Shown here piece by piece: positions 17,266 through 24,000 of a stretch of 24,000 nucleotides of DNA. Position 1 is the stretch's first letter; each line of letters opens with the position of its first letter. Where the stretch lies: positions 9,121 to 33,120 of the forward strand of contig JBGVOE010000058.1 of assembly GCA_045126355.1 (NCBI GenBank). Reading direction: 5' to 3'. The stretch comes from Anaeroplasmataceae bacterium (GTDB lineage Bacteria; Bacillota_I; Bacilli_A; Acholeplasmatales; Anaeroplasmataceae). The position numbers were made by a program, and so were the translations under genes. A model generated the notes under the pieces. That model ran no database searches and had not been told where the DNA came from. It worked only from the letters and a program-made list of their open reading frames with translations.

Positions 17266-19070
17266 TAACGTTTAACCTCTCTTTCAACACTTGCTTCAAT
17301 AATATCTCCTTCTTTAATGTCATTGAATGATGAAATTGTAATACCGCATTCATAACCAGCCTTAACTTCTTTAACATCATCTTTGAAACGGCGTAATGTA
17401 GCCATTTTTCCTTCAAATACAACAACACCACTACGAAGAATACGAACTAAACTGTTACGTTCAATAACACCTTCAGTTACATAACAACCAGCAATTGTTC
17501 CAACCTTACTAACTTTAAATGTTTGTCTTACTTCAGCAAATCCTGTAACTACTTCTTCGAATTCTGGATCTAACATACCTTTTAAAGCTGCATCGATATC
17601 TTCTAATAATTTATAAATAATATTATATAATCTAATTTCTACTCCACTAGTTTCAGCACTTTGACGTACTTGACCAGTAGGACGAACATTAAATCCTACA
17701 ACAATAGCTTTTGATGCTTGAGCTAGAATAATATCTGTTTCAGTAATTGCACCTACACCTGCACGAACAATATTAATAACGATATCTTCAACTTTAATTT
17801 TTGAAATACTATTTTTAACTGCTTCAAGTGATCCTTGAACGTCAGCTTTAACTACAAGATTTAATTCTTTATGTTCACCTAATTTACTAAACATTTCTTC
17901 TAATGTTGCAACTTTACCTGCATTATTTTGAACTTTAGTACGATCTTTTCTAGCTTCAGCAATTTGACGTGCTTGTCTTTCATCAGAAATAACCATGAAC
18001 TTATCACCAGCCATAGGAACTTCTTCTAAACCAGTAACAACTACTGCTTTACTTGGTAATGCTTCATTTAAACGGCGATGAGTTTCATCTTCCATTGTTC
18101 TAACCTTACCATAAGTATCACCAATAACAACGTTATCACCAACTTTTAATGTGCCATTTTGAACTAATAATGTAGCAACTGGTCCTCTACCTTTATCAAG
18201 TTGGGCTTCAATAACAGTACCTACTGCTAAACGGTTAGGGTTAGCTTTATATTCTTGCATTTCAGCAACTAATTGAACCATTTCTAATAATTCATCTACA
18301 CCTGTTCCACGTAAAGCAGAGATTTGACAATATGTAGTATCTCCACCCCAAACTTCAGGAAGTAAGTTATATTCACTTAACTCTTGCATTACACGATCAG
18401 GGTTTGCAGTTGGTTTATCCATTTTGTTGATTGCAACGATAATTGGACATCCAGCAGCTTGAGCATGATGAATTGCTTCTTCTGTTTGAGGCATTAGGCC
18501 ATCATCTGCTGCTACTACTAAAATAATAATATCAGTAACTTGTGCTCCACGTGCACGCATTTCTGTAAATGCAGCATGCCCTGGAGTATCAATAAATGTA
18601 ATTGCTTCTCCATTTACTTGTACTTGGTAAGCACCGATATGTTGTGTAATCCCACCAGCTTCACTAGCAACAACTTTACTTTGACGAATATAGTCAAGTA
18701 ATGTTGTTTTACCATGGTCAACGTGACCCATGATTGTAACTACTGCAGGACGTTTTCTTAAATCTTTTTCATCATCTTGAATTTCAATTTCATCAAAACG
18801 TGTAACGTCTGTAACCACTTCATTTTGTAAAACAGTATCATATTCTAAAGCAATTAATTCAACAGTATCACGGTCAATAGTTTGATTTTGAGTAGCCATA
18901 ATTCCAGCAAACATTAACTTCTTAATAATTTCACCTAATGGTTTACCTAATCCAGTAGCTACATCGCTAACTGTCATACCTTCACGATAGATTAATACAC
19001 CTTTTTTATTTTCGTTTACATTTTTTAGTGGGACATTTGACTTTCTAACTTCTTTTTTATCTCTTGCCAT
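17265..19070 (-). CDS. infB: Translation initiation factor IF-2
   Basis: 601 aa; [70 protein letters not shown]. Confidence 0.99.
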   Translation of the reverse strand: MARDKKEVRKSNVPLKNVNENKKGVLIYREGMTVSDVATGLGKPLGEIIKKLMFAGIMATQNQTIDRDTVELIALEYDTVLQNEVVTDVTRFDEIEIQDDEKDLRKRPAVVTIMGHVDHGKTTLLDYIRQSKVVASEAGGITQHIGAYQVQVNGEAITFIDTPGHAAFTEMRARGAQVTDIIILVVAADDGLMPQTEEAIHHAQAAGCPIIVAINKMDKPTANPDRVMQELSEYNLLPEVWGGDTTYCQISALRGTGVDELLEMVQLVAEMQEYKANPNRLAVGTVIEAQLDKGRGPVATLLVQNGTLKVGDNVVIGDTYGKVRTMEDETHRRLNEALPSKAVVVTGLEEVPMAGDKFMVISDERQARQIAEARKDRTKVQNNAGKVATLEEMFSKLGEHKELNLVVKADVQGSLEAVKNSISKIKVEDIVINIVRAGVGAITETDIILAQASKAIVVGFNVRPTGQVRQSAETSGVEIRLYNIIYKLLEDIDAALKGMLDPEFEEVVTGFAEVRQTFKVSKVGTIAGCYVTEGVIERNSLVRILRSGVVVFEGKMATLRRFKDDVKEVKAGYECGITISSFNDIKEGDIIEASVEREVKR

Positions 19071-19074
19071 ATAA

Positions 19075-19368
19075 TCACCTAATTTCTTTCATTTTTTTGG
19101 CAAAACCGATATCTAATACTCCAATAACCATACGGTTATTTTTCCCGATTGCACCACTTAATTCACTTGATGTAAATCTGTTATCAAGTGTAACATTATA
19201 ATATTTTGCTTTATCAGTAATTTTCTTTGTTGTGTTAATTCCAGCATCGCTAGCTAAAAATAAATATTTTATTTCACCTTTACGAATACCTTCTACACAA
19301 AAGTCCTCTCCTGATACAACTTTTTTAGCTCTAAAAGCTAAACCTAATAAGTTTAAAATAGCATGCAC
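19075..19368 (-). CDS. ylxQ: L7Ae-family K-turn-binding protein YlxQ
   Basis: 97 aa; [44 protein letters not shown]; conserved nusA-infB operon position. Confidence 0.9.
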   Translation of the reverse strand: MHAILNLLGLAFRAKKVVSGEDFCVEGIRKGEIKYLFLASDAGINTTKKITDKAKYYNVTLDNRFTSSELSGAIGKNNRMVIGVLDIGFAKKMKEIR

Positions 19369-19626
19369 CTAAATCAACTCCAATAACATTGTATAGATTT
19401 CTTCAGGAACACTTACTTCTAACATTTTATCTAATACTTTACTTTTTTGAGCTTTTAAGATAACTTCTTTATCTTTTTTTAAATAAGCTCCTCTACCATT
19501 AGCTTTTCCTTTAGTGTCAACAGTAACTTCGCCTTCTGGTGTTCTAATAACACGAATCAATTCATTTTTAGGAAATTGTTCACGTGTTACAACACAAGTA
19601 CGCATCGGAACTTTTTTGACTACCAT
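19369..19626 (-). CDS. ylxR: YlxR/RnpM family protein
   Basis: 85 aa; VPMRTCVVTREQFPKNELIRVIRTPEGEVTVDTKGKANGRGAYL. Confidence 0.94.
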   Translation of the reverse strand: MVVKKVPMRTCVVTREQFPKNELIRVIRTPEGEVTVDTKGKANGRGAYLKKDKEVILKAQKSKVLDKMLEVSVPEEIYTMLLELI

Positions 19627-20693
19627 TCGTAACCTTGATTCTTAGCTACACTAACTGGTTTAATATCAATTTTCCAGTCACATGATTGAACGGCAAGACG
19701 AACGTTTTGTCCATTTTTACCGATAGCTAATGATAATTGATTATCAGGAACAATAGCTAATGATGTTTTTGTTTTAGTATCAATATTGATAACAGCTACT
19801 ACATTTGTTGGTTGAAGAGCGTTAGCTACTAATTCAGCAATATCATCGCTCCAACGATATAAATCGATTTTTTCTCCATTTAATGAACGAACAACTTCAC
19901 GAATACGAGAACTATTTTCACCAACACAAGCTCCAATTGGATCTACATCAGGGTCATGTGAATAAACACTTACTTTACATCTATCACCAGCGTCTCTAGC
20001 GATACCCTTAATTTCAACAATACCATCTTTAATTTCTGGAATGTATTGTTCAAGTAAGCGAATTACTAAATGTTTATCATTTCTACTTACAAATACTTTT
20101 GGTCCTTTAGTACCTTGTTCAACACTAGTTACATAAACGTTAATACTATCACCAACACCGAATTCATCATTTGGTAATAATTCTTTCTTTGGTAATAATG
20201 TTGTAATATTTTGACCAATAGATAAAGTTAAGAATGATTCATTAGAATCAATAATTTGAGCTCTAATTAATTCATTTTCCATACTCTTGAAATATTGGAA
20301 TGAATTTTCTTTTTCATAAGTTTTAATATTTTGATTAAAGATTTGTTTAGCTTGAGCTGCAGCCATACGTCCGAAATCTTTAATATTAACAGCCTCTTCT
20401 AAAATATCACCAATTTTTGCTCTTGAATTAATTTTTTTAGCTTCAGTATATAAAATTGGAACAATTTCACATTCTGGATCTAAATTTTCTAATGATTCAA
20501 CTACAATTTTTTGGCTGAACATTAAAATTTCATTTTTTTCTGGTTTGAATTCAACTCTTACACTTGTGTTACCATAGTTACGTTTGTAAGCATTGATTAA
20601 ACCTTTTTTAAAAGAATCTAAAAGTTGTTCTAAGGTTAATCCTCTTTCTTCAGCAACAATTTCTAATTGTTTGTAAAACTCTTTGCTTGTCAT
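19620..20693 (-). CDS. nusA: Transcription termination/antitermination protein NusA
   Basis: 357 aa; NAYKRNYG, GTKGPKVFVSRNDKHLVIRLLEQYIPEIKDGIVEIKGIARDAGDRCKVSVYSHDPDVDPIGACVGENSSRIREVVRSLNGEKIDLYRW. Confidence 0.98.
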   Translation of the reverse strand: MTSKEFYKQLEIVAEERGLTLEQLLDSFKKGLINAYKRNYGNTSVRVEFKPEKNEILMFSQKIVVESLENLDPECEIVPILYTEAKKINSRAKIGDILEEAVNIKDFGRMAAAQAKQIFNQNIKTYEKENSFQYFKSMENELIRAQIIDSNESFLTLSIGQNITTLLPKKELLPNDEFGVGDSINVYVTSVEQGTKGPKVFVSRNDKHLVIRLLEQYIPEIKDGIVEIKGIARDAGDRCKVSVYSHDPDVDPIGACVGENSSRIREVVRSLNGEKIDLYRWSDDIAELVANALQPTNVVAVINIDTKTKTSLAIVPDNQLSLAIGKNGQNVRLAVQSCDWKIDIKPVSVAKNQGYEW

Positions 20694-20705
20694 ATCATTT
20701 ACCTC

Positions 20706-21152
20706 CTAAAATTTGACAGCTAATCTAATTTTTTTAATACTATCATAAGGAATTTCAAAGTTTTTAAATCTTCCTTTTAAATTTACTCTAATAACTACAA
20801 CGTTATCATCAAAAGAAATCATAGTACCTTCATATACTTTATCACCAGTATTTATATGGATATATTTTCCTACTGCTTCGGCTACTTCTTCTTGATTTCT
20901 TAATTCCATTTCAGCTCCAGGAGATGAAACTTCTAACATATATTCATCATAAGATACTTCAAGTCTATCTAATTCATCTGATAAATAATTGTTAATAAGG
21001 GCTAATTCATCAATATTTATTCCGTCTTTTTTGCTAACTAATACTCTTAAAATATGCATACCAGCTTCTTTTACAAAACTAACATCATATAATTTAAAAC
21101 CATTTTCCGTCAAATATGGAACTAATATTTCTTCAATCATTTTTGTATTCAC
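20706..21152 (-). CDS. rimP: Ribosome maturation factor RimP
   Basis: TKMIEEILVPYLTENGFKLYDVSFVKEAGMHILRVLV, SPGAEMELRNQEE. Start moved from 21161 (that GTG overlaps the SD) to GTG at 21152, 8 nt after GGAGG. Confidence 0.92.
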   Translation of the reverse strand: MNTKMIEEILVPYLTENGFKLYDVSFVKEAGMHILRVLVSKKDGINIDELALINNYLSDELDRLEVSYDEYMLEVSSPGAEMELRNQEEVAEAVGKYIHINTGDKVYEGTMISFDDNVVVIRVNLKGRFKNFEIPYDSIKKIRLAVKF

Positions 21153-21177
21153 TTTATACACCTCCAGTTAATTAAAA

Positions 21178-21202
21178 GAGCGAACTTTTTGCAAGTTCAC
21201 TC
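21178..21202 (-). promoter_or_regulatory. Terminator-like hairpin in the rimP-nusA operon leader, candidate attenuator
   Basis: Minus-strand RNA GAGUGAACUU-GCAAA-AAGUUCGCUC (10 bp including one U.G) followed by UUUUAAUUAA; SD 11 nt further on. Confidence 0.6.
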
Positions 21203-21227
21203 TAATTAGAATTATTAGATTACTTGT

Positions 21228-21256
21228 ATTTTAACATTAATTAAAAAAAATTACAA
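21228..21256 (-). promoter_or_regulatory. Sigma-A-type promoter of the rimP-nusA-ylxR-ylxQ-infB-rbfA operon
   Basis: Minus strand TTGTAA-N17-TAAAAT (-35 at 21251-21256, -10 at 21228-21233). Confidence 0.7.
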
Positions 21257-21301
21257 GTAAAATATTATATTTTAACATTTCTTATTAATTTAAAATTAAA
21301 T

Positions 21302-21964
21302 CTATGCTAAATCTGTTCCTACACCACTAACTTCTAAATAAAATAAATAAGTAGCTTGATTAATTCTTGGAAGAACCCAAATCAGTAAAATTCCAAATGT
21401 AAAAACACTTAAAATAATCCAACCAAAATAACTAAAGATCAGTTTAAAATATTCCCATTTATGTCCATCCATTAATTCTCTACTTTTAGTTATACATTCA
21501 TTTGCACTCATATAAGGATTATCATTAGCGACATATAGCGCAAGTGAATATGAAAGCATCTTAATTATACCAGGGACAATCAATAAAATTGCCCATAATG
21601 CAGTATAAAGTGAAACTAAAAAGTAAACTAAGAAAGATTTAACAAAATCTTTAAACCCATGAAGTAAATCTTTATTTTTAATCTCTAAATTATAATAAGC
21701 TTTTTTTGATATCTCAATAAGACCCATCATTATTGCTCCACCAAATATAAAATCAAATAATCCATTAAACCAAGTTGAGGTAATTTCTGTTCCATCAGGT
21801 AAGACCTCAGTTGTTCCTGTAAGTGAATTTATAACACCAATCACAATCATAATCAAGACATATATTAGGTAAACCTTATTTAACTCCAAACGATGACGAT
21901 CACAAATTCGATCAGCTCTCAATCTATATTCCTGACATGTAAGTCTACTACCATAATAATTCAT
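21302..21964 (-). CDS. DUF975-like integral membrane protein
   Basis: 220 aa polytopic; LLHGFKDFVKSFLVYFLVSLYTALWAILLIVPGIIKMLSYSLALYVANDNPYMSANECITKSRELMDGHKWEYFKL is characteristic of DUF975. Confidence 0.8.
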   Translation of the reverse strand: MNYYGSRLTCQEYRLRADRICDRHRLELNKVYLIYVLIMIVIGVINSLTGTTEVLPDGTEITSTWFNGLFDFIFGGAIMMGLIEISKKAYYNLEIKNKDLLHGFKDFVKSFLVYFLVSLYTALWAILLIVPGIIKMLSYSLALYVANDNPYMSANECITKSRELMDGHKWEYFKLIFSYFGWIILSVFTFGILLIWVLPRINQATYLFYLEVSGVGTDLA

Positions 21965-22075
21965 ACTAACACTTCCCTTTAATTTATTTTACAACAATTT
22001 TATATTTTTTCAAATATAAATGTAAACTTGAAAAAATAATAAAAAGTATTAAAATATTAGATGAAGGTGATTTAA

Positions 22076-22555
22076 TTGAAAAAAGCAGTTTATCCAGGGT
22101 CATTTGATCCTATTTCTAATGGACATTTAGATATAATAACTAGAGCAAGTAAAATATTTGATGAATTACACATTGTTGTTTCATATAATATTAAAAAAGC
22201 TTCAACTTTTTCAGTAGTTGAACGTATTGATATGATAAAAATGGTCACAAAAGATTTACCAAACGTATTTGTTACTAGTTATAACGGTTTAATCGTTAAC
22301 TATTGCAAGGAAAATAATATCAATATTTTAATTAGGGGACTAAGAAATTATCAAGATTATGAAAATGAATTTTCTCTTTTCCAATTTAACCGTGATATAA
22401 ACCCTGATATTGAAACAATATTAATGTTACCTTCTAGTAAGAATCAATTTGTATCAAGTTCAGCAATCAAAGAATTAGTTACATTTAACTGTGATATATC
22501 TAGTTATGTTCCACAAGAAGTTGAAAAAATAATTGTTAAAAAATATAAAAATTAA
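22076..22555 (+). CDS. coaD: Phosphopantetheine adenylyltransferase, TTG start
   Basis: 159 aa; KKAVYPGSFDPISNGHLDIITRASKIFDELHIVV, YNGLIVNYCKENNINILIRGLRNYQDYENEFSLFQFNR, MLPSSKNQFVSSSAIKEL. SD GAAGGTGA before TTG. Confidence 0.97.
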   Translation: MKKAVYPGSFDPISNGHLDIITRASKIFDELHIVVSYNIKKASTFSVVERIDMIKMVTKDLPNVFVTSYNGLIVNYCKENNINILIRGLRNYQDYENEFSLFQFNRDINPDIETILMLPSSKNQFVSSSAIKELVTFNCDISSYVPQEVEKIIVKKYKN

Positions 22556-22560
22556 TTTTT

Positions 22561-22589
22561 AAAAAGCAGGATACGAAACATCCTGCTTT
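22561..22589. terminator. Bidirectional intrinsic terminator between convergent coaD and GH3 genes
   Basis: AAAAGCAGGAT-acgaaac-ATCCTGCTTTT, 11-bp perfect stem with A/T flanks working on both strands. Confidence 0.88.
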
Positions 22590-22605
22590 TATTATGAAAT
22601 ATTTT

Positions 22606-24000
22606 CTACCAAGGACGGTATTTTTTTACTAATCCATCAAAATTTATTCTATCTGTTAAGTGATGAGGATTATCATTTAAATATTTTATCATTTCTTCCA
22701 TTTGTTCAAATGTAATATCAAAATCACCGTCACAAATAGTTACACGCATAGCTTTTGAATCAATATAGAAATATCGATGTTCAAAATCACTAACATCAAT
22801 ATTTAATTTATTTAGAGTAACATATTTTTTAAATAATTCATTTTCTAAAAGAAGTCCAGCAGGTGAATCAAATGAATAGTCACTAGGGATTTCTTTTTTT
22901 ATTAATTTAGCTACTTCCTTGCATACATCAAATGTAACACCTTCTAAATTAATACTATGTTTATCTAAAATATCTTTTGTATTTAAAGCAACATAAACTT
23001 CATATTGACCTTCTTCTATTTCAAAAGAATCTGTTTCGTTTCGATATGAAGCTAAATCCTTAATGTTAACTTCTACAACGCATTTTACTGTCTTTCTTGC
23101 TTTTACAAACACTTTTGAAAATCCTTTTAATTCTTTAATAGGACGATAAATGTTTGAATTTTCTTTCCCAACATATACTTCAATTACATCATAACCATCA
23201 ATATCACTAGTGTTTTTCACATCTAATGTAACCACTAATTTATCATTTAAAAGTTCATAATTATAATTACTGTATTCAAATTTTGAATAACTTAATCCAT
23301 AACCGAATGGTAAAATAAATCCCTCATTATGTAAATCATAATATCTATATCCAACATAAATATCATCATAGTGATATGTATAATATAAATCTCTTCTTAA
23401 ATATTCTTTATTAATTGGATTTTGATAATATGTTTCAATCCATGTTTCTGGTAATCTTCCACTTGGATTATGTGATCCATACAAGTTATTAAAGATAGAT
23501 TCAGATTGTCCTTCACCTGCTAAATACGTAATTAATGCAGCCTTTGAAGTATTATAAATTTCTTTAACATTTACTACACTACCAGTGATTACAACTGTAC
23601 CAAAGTTATCAAATACTTTAGATACAAGTTCTAATGTTTCATTTTGTTCTTTAGCTAAGTCTAAAGTAATTCTATCAGAACCTTCTGTTTCATCTTTTTG
23701 ATATTGTCCTAAGAACAATATTACTTTATCAAACTTACCTTTATATTCTTTTAAAGTTTCTTCAGTAATTAATAATTTATCTTCATCATAACATTGTAGG
23801 AATTCATAATTGATGTTGTTGTTTTTTAAAACTTCAATCATACTAACTGGTTTATAAGCATTAACCCAGCCACTTCCTCCACCTACAAAGCGATTATGAT
23901 TTGCAAAGTATCCTAATACTAATACTTTTTCTTCCTTTTTTAATGGAAAATAATTATTTTCATTTTTTACTAAAATTGCTGTTTTATTTGCAATTTCTAC
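22606..24000 (-). CDS. Family 3 glycoside hydrolase (beta-glucosidase-like), C-terminal part, partial at the right edge
   Basis: The frame is open past the track's Met at 23841 to the window edge: ...VEIANKTAILVKNENNYFPLKKEEKVLVLGYFANHNRFVGGGSGWVNAYKPVSMIEVLK..., the GH3 C-terminal domain start. Followed by GHNPSGRLPETW, YRYYDLHNEGFILPFGYGLSYSKFEYSN and an Fn3-like domain (VTLDVKNTSDIDGYDVIEVYVG). Confidence 0.93.
   Translation of the reverse strand, partial: VEIANKTAILVKNENNYFPLKKEEKVLVLGYFANHNRFVGGGSGWVNAYKPVSMIEVLKNNNINYEFLQCYDEDKLLITEETLKEYKGKFDKVILFLGQYQKDETEGSDRITLDLAKEQNETLELVSKVFDNFGTVVITGSVVNVKEIYNTSKAALITYLAGEGQSESIFNNLYGSHNPSGRLPETWIETYYQNPINKEYLRRDLYYTYHYDDIYVGYRYYDLHNEGFILPFGYGLSYSKFEYSNYNYELLNDKLVVTLDVKNTSDIDGYDVIEVYVGKENSNIYRPIKELKGFSKVFVKARKTVKCVVEVNIKDLASYRNETDSFEIEEGQYEVYVALNTKDILDKHSINLEGVTFDVCKEVAKLIKKEIPSDYSFDSPAGLLLENELFKKYVTLNKLNIDVSDFEHRYFYIDSKAMRVTICDGDFDITFEQMEEMIKYLNDNPHHLTDRINFDGLVKKYRPW

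Noticed and set aside
17237-17431. Minus-strand 64-aa ORF
   Set aside because: Out-of-frame overlap with the C-terminal coding region of infB.
20989-21171. Plus-strand 60-aa ORF
   Set aside because: Antisense to rimP and its leader; no SD or homology features.

Overview
This window is AT-rich Firmicutes/Bacilli-like chromosome using standard stops, including TGA (e.g. the 10191..10823 ORF ends ...GAT AAA GAT TGA). Most of it is ordinary core genome on the minus strand: a partial class II galT; a GH43 glycosidase with an OPA/MFS-type transporter; a self-contained tRNA-Arg(UCT) unit; glyQS-dnaG-rpoD(sigA)-trmK; an engB / PHP phosphoesterase / two FAD-flavoprotein / ABC-transporter cluster; rimP-nusA-ylxR-ylxQ-infB-rbfA; a DUF975-like membrane protein; coaD on the plus strand; and a partial GH3 glycosidase running off the right edge. 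I found no CRISPR array, mobile element, toxin-antitoxin or recognisable defence system. The two observations most worth following are: (1) two divergent 'hypothetical' genes at 9308-10823 that resemble, by architecture and gene order, a minimal SpoVID-like/YsxE-like (CotS-family, apparently catalytically altered) sporulation or envelope pair near engB/ysxC; and (2) a compact promoter plus terminator-like hairpin with a weak U-tract immediately upstream of the rimP-nusA operon, a candidate NusA-dependent autoregulatory attenuator. Several start codons in the supplied ORF track should be moved (PHP gene, ABC permease, rimP, dnaG). Two edge-truncated genes are missing or shortened in that track.
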